Source of the DNA: an uncultured Eubacteriales bacterium
GTDB taxonomy: Bacteria > Bacillota > Clostridia > Christensenellales > Aristaeellaceae
DNA: 64,000 nt
Reading direction: 5' to 3'
Assembly: GCA_900315315.1 (NCBI GenBank)
Contig: OMYT01000014.1
Span: forward strand, 2,656-66,655
Position numbers and translations under genes: made by a program. The notes under the pieces were generated by a model, which worked only from the letters and a program-made list of their open reading frames with translations, had not been told where the DNA came from and did no database searches. How positions within the stretch are numbered: the stretch's first letter is position 1; each line of letters starts with the position of its first letter. Positions 1 to 8,923 of this stretch are shown one piece after another.

Positions 1-2022
1 AGAGCGGATCTGCCCGGCCGGATCCGTCCCGTTGCCCGTGTAGATCCGAAAGCCCTCTCCGGCAGAGGAGTTTCTTTTTCCCACAACCTTTCCCCAGGTC
101 TGCAGGAACTGCCGGATTTCCTCATCGGACGAAGCAGCGGGAACCAGAGCCGGCCTGCGCATGAGTTCCCGAAGGCCCGGACGCAGGAACATATTGATTT
201 TATCCATCAGAAAGGCCTTCATGCTCATATCGTTGAGATCCATCGCGCGGTCCAGATACTCTTCCATGGAGATTCGGGTTTCCGGCACGCAACCCTCCGA
301 GCCTGGATGACCCGCAGGCTGACTGCAGGCCGCGCCGGGAGCGGCCGGCTGGTCAACCTTCTTCACCTCCCGTAGCACCTCCGCGATAACGCTTTCCCTG
401 TGCTCCTGATCCAGCGGCAGGATTTCCTCGGCCAGTCCGGTGTTTTCCAGAACAATCCCGGCGTGAAACCGCATCGCCTTTTCCCGGATCCCGGCGTCTC
501 CAGTATACACGTAGAAGATGAGATCCCCGTCAGGGAAAAAGACATTCTCATCCCTGAGCCTTCTTTTTCTTATCCTGATCGGGACCAACCGCGCGAGCTG
601 CTCTTCGCGGTTCTCCCCGTCAAAGCAGAGATCGCTCCGGGAATCCAGGAAAATGACGATATCCTCCTCCCCGAGCGCGTCCAGGAAGCCGCTTACGGTA
701 AGTGCGTTCGCCTGTTTCTCCGGCTGCTCCGGCAAGCCGGCTCCGGGAAGGTCTGCCGTTTCCCGTGCAGTATCCGGCTCCGGCGTTTTGACGCCCTTCA
801 CTTCCACTCTGCGGTACGCAAACGAAAGCGCCTTTTCCTTTGTCTGAAAATAATCGCTTTTAAAAGCGCGGTCATCGATGAGCCAAACCTGGCGGTCGGC
901 TGTTTCCTTTTTCAGCGCAGTCTCATGGATAAAGGGGAGCGTGACCTTCAAAGAATACTCGGCGAGCGCTTCAAGAAGGGTAACGTCCACGCCGAAGGTA
1001 TGAACGGGGCGCAGATCCGTCTCTTCCAGCTCCGAAAGCAGTTTCACAGCAAAATAGTACCGGTCGCACGCCCGGAAGGTGTTCGGAAAATCATAGCCGC
1101 AGACAATATTCTTCCTGAAGATACCCCGAAGATTGCGGACAGAGGAGGAGGAAACCGTGAAGGAAGTATCCGGAATCCGGTCCAGCAGAACTGTCATCAG
1201 CTCCGCGGGGAACCTCCCGCGAATCGTTCTCGCCTCCGGGAAGAAGCGGGCGTAATCCACGGTATCGTCCGGGTGAGACTTGAAGATCAGAGAACGGTCC
1301 CGGAGGAAAAAGTCGGCGCAGACCTGGTAAATGGCGATCTGATCCTCCAGCGTCGTGGTATACAGATTTGAGAACTGCTGCGTAAAAACCAGCACCGCGT
1401 CTTCCGGAATGCCCCGGATGGGCTCCAGCCGGTAAAAACGCATGACGGCGCAGATTGTCTCCGGGTTGAGGTGCGTGATTTCTGATGCCGGATCAAAATC
1501 CTTCCATTTCGGATCGCCGGAGATAAAACTCTGGGCGGAGAAGTTGCAGATGGCGTCACGGATATATTCGTTTCTTCCGTCCAGAAGCCCGTAGGTCTGG
1601 GCAATATCCGCTATAACGGGTGTGACGTCCCTGATGATGTCGTACAGTATTTTCGGTTTGGAAAGCATCCCTCCGCCGTCTTCAAACATGTGGAAGGAAA
1701 CGCCGTTCGAGATCAGGTACAGGGAAAAACTGTAGTAAGCGGCGGCAACGTAAATATGTTCGAACTTCGTGATCCCATAAGGCACACTGTCCCTGTACGC
1801 TTGCTCCGTCTCTTCCAGGATAGTCTCCGGGTCGTTGGAGACCAATCGGTAAGGGAACAGCAGGACTTCATCGAAAAACGCCTCCAGTTCCCTGTAGTCA
1901 TGGTATTTCTTCGCTGAGAAATCCGCCAGCAGCAGGATACAGCGCTCCTCCGCATGAACCCTTTCCCGGTGAATGATCGCTTCCAGTACCTGGTACATCG
2001 TTGCGCAATGGTATAAAATCAA
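1..2022 (-). CDS. Sialyl/Kdo-transferase-like glycosyltransferase (GT38/GT52/GT80-type motifs) with long C-terminal extension; partial, runs off the left edge
   Basis: Hand-translated and open from TTG 2022 (GGAGGAGG RBS upstream) to base 1 with no stop, which is why it is absent from the ORF track. Starts MILYHCATMYQVLEA; motifs FEDG, IFKSHPDD, FPAEL, TVSSSS occur in the canonical order. Confidence 0.75.
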   Translation of the reverse strand, partial: MILYHCATMYQVLEAIIHRERVHAEERCILLLADFSAKKYHDYRELEAFFDEVLLFPYRLVSNDPETILEETEQAYRDSVPYGITKFEHIYVAAAYYSFSLYLISNGVSFHMFEDGGGMLSKPKILYDIIRDVTPVIADIAQTYGLLDGRNEYIRDAICNFSAQSFISGDPKWKDFDPASEITHLNPETICAVMRFYRLEPIRGIPEDAVLVFTQQFSNLYTTTLEDQIAIYQVCADFFLRDRSLIFKSHPDDTVDYARFFPEARTIRGRFPAELMTVLLDRIPDTSFTVSSSSVRNLRGIFRKNIVCGYDFPNTFRACDRYYFAVKLLSELEETDLRPVHTFGVDVTLLEALAEYSLKVTLPFIHETALKKETADRQVWLIDDRAFKSDYFQTKEKALSFAYRRVEVKGVKTPEPDTARETADLPGAGLPEQPEKQANALTVSGFLDALGEEDIVIFLDSRSDLCFDGENREEQLARLVPIRIRKRRLRDENVFFPDGDLIFYVYTGDAGIREKAMRFHAGIVLENTGLAEEILPLDQEHRESVIAEVLREVKKVDQPAAPGAACSQPAGHPGSEGCVPETRISMEEYLDRAMDLNDMSMKAFLMDKINMFLRPGLRELMRRPALVPAASSDEEIRQFLQTWGKVVGKRNSSAGEGFRIYTGNGTDPAGQIRS

Positions 2023-2051
2023 ACCGGTCTTCCTCCTCCGGAACGCTGTTT

Positions 2052-3458
2052 CTATCGCTTCCCGCCGTCCCTGTCCGGGACCGGGAGCTTTCTCTTCGCG
2101 ATCTTCCCGTTCGCCTCTCGGGGAATGCTGTCTACCTTCATAAAACAGGCCGGGATCATATAGGATGGAAGCCGCCCGGCGGTAAGCCTTTCAGCCTCCT
2201 CGACGGATCTCTTCGGCTCCTGCGCATAGTACGCGCAGAGATAGGGGTGCCCCTGGTCAAAGATGCCTCTGACCCCAACCCAGTCGACCTCCAGGAGCTC
2301 CCGGAAGACCGATTCAATCTCAGCGGGTTCGATGCGATTTCCCCGGATTTTGATCATTTCATCGGCTCTGCCGATAATCACGATACTCCCGTCCGCCTGG
2401 ATCGATCCTCGGTCTCCCGAGCGGATATAACCATTCAGCCGGACCTGCTCCGTGAGTTCAGGCAAGCCGATATAGCCCCGGAAATATGGCGCCCGATAAC
2501 AGAGATTTCCCGTTTCTCCGTCCGGAAGCACGTTTCCGCTGTCGTCCATGATACAGATCTCCGATTTATGCTCCCCGGTCCTGCCGACCGGCGTGACATC
2601 ATATTCCCGGTCAATCAGAAACGTCGAAATATTGAAGCCGGATTCCGACTGGCCGTAGCCGCAGAAGATCTCCACCCGGTCGTTGAAGATCTTCCTTGCC
2701 GGTTCTCCTCCGACAACGATCTTGGTCAGGGAAGCGGGGATCCGCTTCAGATGCTTCAGCATGGAGGGAACGATAAAGAGGTTCGTGAGCTGCAGGTTCT
2801 CGATGTATTCAGGTAAACGGTCCGGATCCCTGACGACGTCCTTCGGGACCACGGCCAGCGCTTGCGCGTTATAGAGAATCGGCGGTATGATGAGCATGCT
2901 GACCACAAAATAGAGCGGAGTGATCAGGGCAAACCTGCCGTCGATCACCGGACGCTCTCCGCAAAAATGCAGCCTGATGCACATTTCCAGGGTGCCAAAT
3001 TCCTGCATCACGCCCTTGGGGTTTCCCGTCGTCCCGGAGGTATAGATCAGATAGGCGAGGTCGTGGAGGGAAGTTTCCTCATATCCCTCCAGGGCGCTGC
3101 CGGCCATGATCCCGGAAAACAGCACCTCGTCGATTTTCAGCACGCAGCCCGCGTCCTGCTGAATGTACTCCATCCTTTCAGGCTCGTAATCCGCCTCCAG
3201 CATGACGGCCGCGGCGCCCGCGCGCCAGATACCGATCAGGGCGACGACCGCGTCGTTCCCCCTCGGAAGCGCGATCATCACCGCGTTTTCCTTCCCGATT
3301 CCTTTCTGTCTGAGAAAACGGTAAACACGGCCGGAGCATTCCCACAGCCTGGCATAGGTCATGCTTTTTCCGGCTTCCGCCGAGATCAGCGCGACGTCAT
3401 CCGGGTGACAGGCGCAGTTTTTCTCCAGCTTTTCAATAAAACGCAAATCTGTACTCAT
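2052..3458 (-). CDS. Stand-alone NRPS-type adenylation (AMP-binding) enzyme
   Basis: LAYLIYTSGTTGNPKGV, YGQSE, RSGD, GRADEMIKIRGNRIE and NGK core motifs; no carrier domain follows. Confidence 0.9.
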   Translation of the reverse strand: MSTDLRFIEKLEKNCACHPDDVALISAEAGKSMTYARLWECSGRVYRFLRQKGIGKENAVMIALPRGNDAVVALIGIWRAGAAAVMLEADYEPERMEYIQQDAGCVLKIDEVLFSGIMAGSALEGYEETSLHDLAYLIYTSGTTGNPKGVMQEFGTLEMCIRLHFCGERPVIDGRFALITPLYFVVSMLIIPPILYNAQALAVVPKDVVRDPDRLPEYIENLQLTNLFIVPSMLKHLKRIPASLTKIVVGGEPARKIFNDRVEIFCGYGQSESGFNISTFLIDREYDVTPVGRTGEHKSEICIMDDSGNVLPDGETGNLCYRAPYFRGYIGLPELTEQVRLNGYIRSGDRGSIQADGSIVIIGRADEMIKIRGNRIEPAEIESVFRELLEVDWVGVRGIFDQGHPYLCAYYAQEPKRSVEEAERLTAGRLPSYMIPACFMKVDSIPREANGKIAKRKLPVPDRDGGKR

Positions 3459-4564
3459 TTTCTCAGCAAGTCTCCATACGCGCCTTCACTATCCTCGACA
3501 GCGATGACGTCCGCGACTTTTTCAACGACCCTTCTCTCCGCCGGGGAGACAGAGCCGCTGACCGCATATCTAAAACCCTGATCCTTCAGATAGCGGAAGG
3601 ACTTTTGAACCAGCAGCGTGTTGATCCCGAGGCCTCGGGCTTCAGGAAGGGTGCCGCCCGGCCCGGCATAATCCGGGGCAATGGCGCCCACGCAGCCGAA
3701 GGCGAGAATCCGGCCCTCGCGTACAGCTGTGTAACAGACCCCGTTCATCATCGCAGCGAGGGCTTCGTCGGCCCAGGACTGCGCGAAGTTATCTCTGATA
3801 AACTCATAAACCCGCGTGAAGTCGGGCGGCATCACCCGTTTGACCCGGATCCCCTTCGCCGCCAGAGAAGCTTCCAGCGAGGGGTCCTCACGCAGGGTAT
3901 AGAGCTTTGCGATCAGATCCGGATTATAGCCAATCTTTCGCGCGTCCACCTTCAGATAGCACTCGGCGTATTTGCATTTCGGATCCGAAAGCATCTGCGT
4001 GCCGCGAAGAAGATTCAGCGTCAGATTGATCTCCTCCTGCTCGCTCTGATCCGCGTGAAAACGGATCAGCCGCCGCTTTTCTTCCAGAAGCCCCGTGATG
4101 TCGATGCAGTGCGTCGGCCGGTAAAACGGTGTAACGATCTCATACATAAAGCATTCCGCTTGTGTCTTCTGGCGTCGGATCGCCTTGCAGCACATCAGCG
4201 CCGCGGCCTTGTGATCCGGATGGGGACTCTCATGCCAGGGAAGAAAGATCTTCGTGTACGGAGTAAAATCGATTCGGTCGGCGGCATCCCCATGCTTCGT
4301 AAGGGTTGTGTCCTCGATACCGAACCATTCCCAGGAACGCGGGTTCACCACCTCCATTTCGGCCTCGAACTGAAGCCGGCGGATCTTTGCCTCTTCCGCA
4401 ATGCTGATCTCCGGGTTCCCGTGGCTTCCGTCTGTGAGCACGAAGACGTCGGTCCGGTCGGGCGCAAGGATCAGGGGGGCAGCCGCGCCAAGGCATTCGT
4501 CGTCAGGATGCGGAGCAATCACGGCAATCCGGTCATTTTTTTCAAAGACGATTCTCTCTCTCAT
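3455..4564 (-). CDS. PIG-L family deacetylase fused to a C-terminal GNAT acyltransferase
   Basis: APHPDDE and HPDH PIG-L motifs; PEARGLGI acetyl-CoA-binding motif in the C-terminal half. Confidence 0.85.
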   Translation of the reverse strand: MRERIVFEKNDRIAVIAPHPDDECLGAAAPLILAPDRTDVFVLTDGSHGNPEISIAEEAKIRRLQFEAEMEVVNPRSWEWFGIEDTTLTKHGDAADRIDFTPYTKIFLPWHESPHPDHKAAALMCCKAIRRQKTQAECFMYEIVTPFYRPTHCIDITGLLEEKRRLIRFHADQSEQEEINLTLNLLRGTQMLSDPKCKYAECYLKVDARKIGYNPDLIAKLYTLREDPSLEASLAAKGIRVKRVMPPDFTRVYEFIRDNFAQSWADEALAAMMNGVCYTAVREGRILAFGCVGAIAPDYAGPGGTLPEARGLGINTLLVQKSFRYLKDQGFRYAVSGSVSPAERRVVEKVADVIAVEDSEGAYGDLLRK

Positions 4565-4600
4565 GGCATTCTCCAGGCGTTTTTTTATTCTTCAGTTGGA

Positions 4601-5338
4601 TCACCTGCGATCCAACTGATTGCCTATTATGGATCTGACAATTTCAAGATCCTTGGGCGTGTCTACAGATACAGTTTTGCAGGTCACTTCCACCATCCTC
4701 ACAGGTATCTCCTGATCAATGAATCTAATCAAATCGCATCCTTCAAGTATTTCCAGTTTGCTTTTAGGGGCTTCATTGTACAGTGTTAATGCTTTTGATG
4801 AATAAGCCGCTATACCCACGAACTTCATATAGTCAAAATCCAGTCCTCCCTTTGGATAAGGAAGCGGGCTTCTTGTTGTGATAATCAGATTTCCTTTTGT
4901 GTTTGTAACTACTTTAAGATTTGTAACGTCTATGACTTCCGGAGCTGACTTTATGATTGTCATAGCGTTCACACAGTCCATACCGGTTCTCTTTGCTTCT
5001 TCGGTAACGGCATCAATGGCGTCCGGTTCGATTAAAGGTTCGTCACCGCCGATAAATACATAGTAATCATAACGCATCTTCGTCGCAACTTCATACATTC
5101 TCGAGGTAGGCGAATCATGATCCGGAGACGTCATGATATACTTCATGCTGTATTTCTTGCACGCTTCAGCTATACGCTGATCGTCTGTCGCAACGATAAG
5201 ATCATCCAATGAGCTTGCCTTTAACGCTTGCTGATATACCCACCAGATCATAGGTTTGCCGCACAGATCCGCAAGCGGCTTGCCCGGAAACCTGCTTGAC
5301 TGATATCTTGAAGGTATGATTCCTAAAAACGTTTTCAT
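4601..5338 (-). CDS. kdsB: 3-deoxy-manno-octulosonate cytidylyltransferase-like (CMP-Kdo synthetase family)
   Basis: IIPSRYQSSRFPGKPLA, GDEPLI and VDTPKDL motifs; AGGAGG RBS; visibly more AT-rich than neighbouring genes. Confidence 0.85.
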   Translation of the reverse strand: MKTFLGIIPSRYQSSRFPGKPLADLCGKPMIWWVYQQALKASSLDDLIVATDDQRIAEACKKYSMKYIMTSPDHDSPTSRMYEVATKMRYDYYVFIGGDEPLIEPDAIDAVTEEAKRTGMDCVNAMTIIKSAPEVIDVTNLKVVTNTKGNLIITTRSPLPYPKGGLDFDYMKFVGIAAYSSKALTLYNEAPKSKLEILEGCDLIRFIDQEIPVRMVEVTCKTVSVDTPKDLEIVRSIIGNQLDRR

Positions 5339-5728
5339 TCAATTCTTTCCTCCTGTTCACCGGTGGGTTGACGTTTTCTCCGATTCTGACAGACAGCATC
5401 CTGTGCGTCAGGGCTTCCCTCCATCATACGGATTCTCCGCTGTCCAGGATAAACTCCCGCATAAAGGCCGCCCCTGCAACTTCATCAATGCTTTTCATGT
5501 CGCAAACGGAAAAAATGTCATGTTATATTTATTTCATAAATAAATATAAACTCTGTAATTGATTTAGTCAACTGTGACCATGACAGCTCCTCGCGAAAAG
5601 CTATGTCAACTGCGCCTGCGCCCAACGTCCATCACTCCGTCTGTTTTCCGATATACCGCCCTGTTATATGCGATTTTTCGCGTAAAGCAAACAGGGACAG
5701 ACCGGAATGTCGAATTGACATAATGTTA

Positions 5729-5798
5729 GCGTCGGGTGAAAAGGGCCATTTTGCGTCGGGAATAAAAGGCCGTTTTCAGTCGTATTTAAAGGGCCAAT
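5729..5798. repeat. Three imperfect ~24-bp tandem direct repeats
   Basis: gcgtcgggtgaaaagggccatttt / gcgtcgggaataaaaggccgtttt / cagtcgtatttaaagggccaat. Confidence 0.6.
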
Positions 5799-5801
5799 CG
5801 T

Positions 5802-5831
5802 AAAAAACCTGACGGATTCATGTCCGCCAGG
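5802..5831 (-). terminator. Intrinsic terminator
   Basis: cctggcgga/tccgtcagg stem followed by T6, downstream of ORF 5851-6126. Confidence 0.75.
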
Positions 5832-5850
5832 CCTTTTTTGTATTGGTGCA

Positions 5851-6126
5851 TCAGAATGGCAAGTCATCAGCAGATGAACCAGAAGGGGGATTCACGTTCT
5901 CCGGCTGTTCATCCGGACAGCCCTGGTATCCTTCCGGATCTTTCAGAAATTCCTGGTATTCATCCTCCAGGAAACGCAGAGCGTTAATGAAATCCATAGG
6001 TCCGCCGGATTCATCAGCAATGTACCAACCATTTTCGTAAGGACTGCGCCCTTTTCTCACCCAGCTTCGAAGAGCTTTTTTCTCATCCGGGGTGACGTCG
6101 GGAAACCGCTTCAGATAGCTCCGCAT
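5851..6126 (-). CDS. Hypothetical protein (possibly the 3' part of a frameshifted gene starting at 6244)
   Basis: ORF followed by a terminator; plausible protein composition. Confidence 0.6.
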   Translation of the reverse strand: MRSYLKRFPDVTPDEKKALRSWVRKGRSPYENGWYIADESGGPMDFINALRFLEDEYQEFLKDPEGYQGCPDEQPENVNPPSGSSADDLPF

Positions 6127-6127
6127 A

Positions 6128-6244
6128 TCACGCAGGTTTTTTCCGACGAAATTCCTCTTCCCATTCCATCAGGGTTTCGGGATCGATGTTGTTGTAGTCG
6201 AAATCATTGTATTCGGTTTCCCAAGGGTTGGTTTGCTTGCTCAT
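6128..6244 (-). CDS. 38-aa ORF MSKQTNPWETEYNDFDYNNIDPETLMEWEEEFRRKKPA
   Basis: Its ATG overlaps the upstream stop (ATGA); its stop lies 1 nt before the next ATG. Confidence 0.45.
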   Translation of the reverse strand: MSKQTNPWETEYNDFDYNNIDPETLMEWEEEFRRKKPA

Positions 6245-6555
6245 AAGCTTACCCCCTTGTCATTGGTAACGTTCACATCCTGTTCTGCGCTCCACCGGAA
6301 CGATTCCATAATGTCAGCAGCATCGAGATACTCATCCCGTGCTTTATTCCGGATTTCCTCAGAAGCGCCTGCTTTGTACAGAGTATAAAGCACGTGCCTC
6401 ATTAGAGCATTAAGTTTTTTCTTCACCGCCATCGTGATTCTTTTGTACTGCAAATCATCCGGTTCGGCGTGGCGGGCAGAGTAAACATACAGATCCTCAA
6501 AGAGATCAAAATCAATCTGAATAGTCTTTGGTTTGTGTGTCAGCATTGTATCCAC
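6241..6555 (-). CDS. Small hypothetical protein of a type found on clostridial mobile elements
   Basis: IQI..LF, KKLNAL, KARDEYLD..SFRW pattern recalled from such elements; not verified by search. Confidence 0.6.
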   Translation of the reverse strand: MDTMLTHKPKTIQIDFDLFEDLYVYSARHAEPDDLQYKRITMAVKKKLNALMRHVLYTLYKAGASEEIRNKARDEYLDAADIMESFRWSAEQDVNVTNDKGVSL

Positions 6556-6686
6556 CTCTCATATTGGCAGGGACAGACGCCGCCGTAAACACGTCGGCGT
6601 ATTTTACGGCGAAGGGAAATCATCTGGATTCTGCGCTGAATATTCTGTATGAGCCATTGGTTACCATGCAGCCACAAGATTCCGTC

Positions 6687-6716
6687 TTGACATCGTGATA
6701 ACAATTGTGTTATCAT
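6687..6716 (+). promoter_or_regulatory. TA promoter with palindromic operator
   Basis: TTGACA-18-TATCAT; inverted repeat TGATAACA-attg-TGTTATCA (6696-6715) overlaps the -10. Confidence 0.75.
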
Positions 6717-6738
6717 GCTTGCACAGGAGAAATACTTG

Positions 6739-7107
6739 ATGCATCAGATTATCCTGTATGAAGATCGCAACGGTGTGAAACCTGTTGATGAGTACCTGAA
6801 GGAACTGGATTCGCAAAACACAAAGGACGCCAGAATCCGCCGGGAAAAGATCCGCGCATACGTCAAAATCCTGAAAGAACGTGGATTGCCGCTTCCTGAA
6901 CCGATATGCAAGCATATGGTTGATAAGATCTACGAGCTTCGCCCAATCGGTGATCGTGTCTTCTTCGCCGGCTGGATTGATAGTGCATACGTACTTCTGC
7001 ACTGCTATAAGAAACAGGGGCAGAAGGCTCCCCCGCGGGAACTGAAGAAGGCACAGGATGAATTTGCCGACTTTCTGGAAAGGTGGAATCAGAATGGCAA
7101 AGCTTAA
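6739..7107 (+). CDS. Type II toxin, RelE/HigB (Gp49-like) family
   Basis: YEDRNG.KPV.EYL, IYELRP, VLLHCYKKQGQKAPPREL; AGGAG RBS before ATG 6739. Confidence 0.85.
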   Translation: MHQIILYEDRNGVKPVDEYLKELDSQNTKDARIRREKIRAYVKILKERGLPLPEPICKHMVDKIYELRPIGDRVFFAGWIDSAYVLLHCYKKQGQKAPPRELKKAQDEFADFLERWNQNGKA

Positions 7108-7393
7108 TGGATTTACTGTCTGGGATGAAGAATATGATACCCAGCACTTTACCCCTGAAGAGATCGCGGAAAGCGATCTCGAAGCGGAACTGATTATGGC
7201 ACTGATCGATGCCAGAGAAAGCCAGGGTGTCAGCCAGCGTTCACTTGAAGGGATGAGCGGTATTAAACAACCGGCCATTGCCCGAATTGAAAAAGGAGTA
7301 AACAGCCCGACTGTCGAAACGCTGATCCGGTTGCTTGCGCCGCTTGGGAAAAAGCTTGCTGTTGTACCAATGAATCCCTCAGCAAACGAGTAA
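7094..7393 (+). CDS. XRE/HTH antitoxin (HigA-like)
   Basis: SQRSLEGMSGIKQPAIARIEKG HTH; overlaps the toxin stop; toxin-first gene order. Confidence 0.85.
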   Translation: MAKLNGFTVWDEEYDTQHFTPEEIAESDLEAELIMALIDARESQGVSQRSLEGMSGIKQPAIARIEKGVNSPTVETLIRLLAPLGKKLAVVPMNPSANE

Positions 7394-7547
7394 GCTTTTC
7401 CCGTAACTGTGGCAACATTTTGGCAACAGAAAACCTGATAGCCCATGCTTTATGGAAAATAAGTGAAATCAGAATACCAGGAGCCACCAAGCATAATCAA
7501 AAATGTTTAAGATTGGTTTGGCAGGAGCAAATGGGAATGATGGCAAG

Positions 7548-7585
7548 AAACCCGGGCCGCCCTTTTTCAATGGCTCCCGGGTTTT
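7548..7585. terminator. Probable bidirectional terminator
   Basis: aaacccggg...cccgggtttt between convergent units. Confidence 0.55.
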
Positions 7586-7704
7586 CATTTTGTCTCATAA
7601 CCAAGTTTCGACATATACAGCGATGTAGGACAATGAAAAGTTATCACTTTACATGAACAAGACAGCAATGAGCGCTGAATATTATCATTTCTTTTAGGCT
7701 TCTG

Positions 7705-8151
7705 TCAGATAATATACAAATCCCATTCTCCGGAAAGACGGTCCCTGCATTCCTGGATGAATTCGGAAAGCTTTTTGTTCTTTGCAAAATCCAGCAGCAG
7801 GCCGTTCATTCTTTCCCAGAGACAGGTATTGACTGCGCTTCGCAGGCTTCGTCCGGTTTCACCTTCAGCAATACTGAGCTCTTCCAGAATGCTGTTGTCC
7901 AGTGCATTCAGAATCTCCGCAATGCTGATTTTGTCCGGTTCCCGGGATAGTGCATATCCTCCGCGCAGCCCTTTCTGAGCACGGATCAGTCCGGCCTGCC
8001 TCAGCTGCGTCAGGATCTGTTCCAGATATTTCTGGGAAATATTCTGCCTTTCCGCAATATCCGGTGCGGATACGCTGGTTCCGTTTTCCGCGTACAGCGC
8101 GATATCTGCCAGCGCCAGCATTCCGTATTCAACCCTGGTAGAAATCTTCAT
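7705..8151 (-). CDS. Rrf2 family regulator, CymR-like
   Basis: MKISTRVEYG, ISQKYLEQIL, GLRGGYAL; lacks the IscR three-Cys cluster motif. Confidence 0.9.
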   Translation of the reverse strand: MKISTRVEYGMLALADIALYAENGTSVSAPDIAERQNISQKYLEQILTQLRQAGLIRAQKGLRGGYALSREPDKISIAEILNALDNSILEELSIAEGETGRSLRSAVNTCLWERMNGLLLDFAKNKKLSEFIQECRDRLSGEWDLYII

Positions 8152-8226
8152 TCCGGACAGATCCTTTCAAAAATGTTTCATTCGTTTCCCGCAAATGCGG
8201 CGTCGTTCCGCCGCTTCTTCCCGGGT

Positions 8227-8862
8227 TCATGCGCTGCGCATCAGGGACTCCGTCAGAACCCGGCAGACCGCATCAGCCAGGACCTCGTGCCCTTCGGCAT
8301 TCAGATGCTCATCGTCAAATCCGCACGGACTCACATAGTCCGAAGCCGCCAGAAACAGATGGCCCCTCTTCCGCGCCAGTTTTGCATAAACCGCTTCCAG
8401 CCCGGCGGAGACGAGGACAGAGCGCTGATCGAACTCCGGATCCTTTTCCGGCCTCCAGACATCCTTCCCAAGAACGACCGGCGAAATCACAAGAATCCGC
8501 TCCGGACTGATCCGCTTCTCCAGGGCATCCAGACAGCGTTCCATCCCCGCTCCGATCTCTTCGGCGGAAGCGTGAAACGCCTTCTTGCAGTCATTGGTTC
8601 CGAGCATGATGATTGCGGCGGATGCCCGCGGATTCCTGACAAGAATCCGCGGAACATCCTCCAGGCCTTTCAGCCCCGTACGGCCCGGATCCTCAAACAC
8701 CGTTGTCCGGCCGCAAAGTCCTTCTTCGGTCAAAAGGAACCCGTGACGGGAAAGCCGGTTCCGCAGGATCCCGGTCCATCTGGTATGCTCCGGATAACGG
8801 TTCTTCAGCACCGGATTCAGTCCCCAGGTATTGGAGTCACCGAATGCAATCACCTGTTCCAT
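8227..8862 (-). CDS. SGNH/GDSL esterase
   Basis: FGDSNTWG, MLGTND and DDEH motifs. Confidence 0.9.
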   Translation of the reverse strand: MEQVIAFGDSNTWGLNPVLKNRYPEHTRWTGILRNRLSRHGFLLTEEGLCGRTTVFEDPGRTGLKGLEDVPRILVRNPRASAAIIMLGTNDCKKAFHASAEEIGAGMERCLDALEKRISPERILVISPVVLGKDVWRPEKDPEFDQRSVLVSAGLEAVYAKLARKRGHLFLAASDYVSPCGFDDEHLNAEGHEVLADAVCRVLTESLMRSA

Positions 8863-8923
8863 GGATCCGTTCCCTCCTTCCGTCCGGCATTTTCCCGTCC
8901 TTCTTCCCCGTTTATGTATGGTC

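Larger units (their letters stand above)
5560..7700. mobile_element. AT-richer remnant of a mobile element (small hypothetical genes plus TA pair); boundaries approximate
   Basis: Compositional shift, TA module, tandem 24-bp repeats; no integrase or transposase visible. Confidence 0.45.

Noticed and set aside
2052-3458. NRPS secondary-metabolite cluster
   Set aside because: No condensation, carrier or thioesterase domain is in the window; the context points to glycan modification, though genes beyond the edge are unseen.
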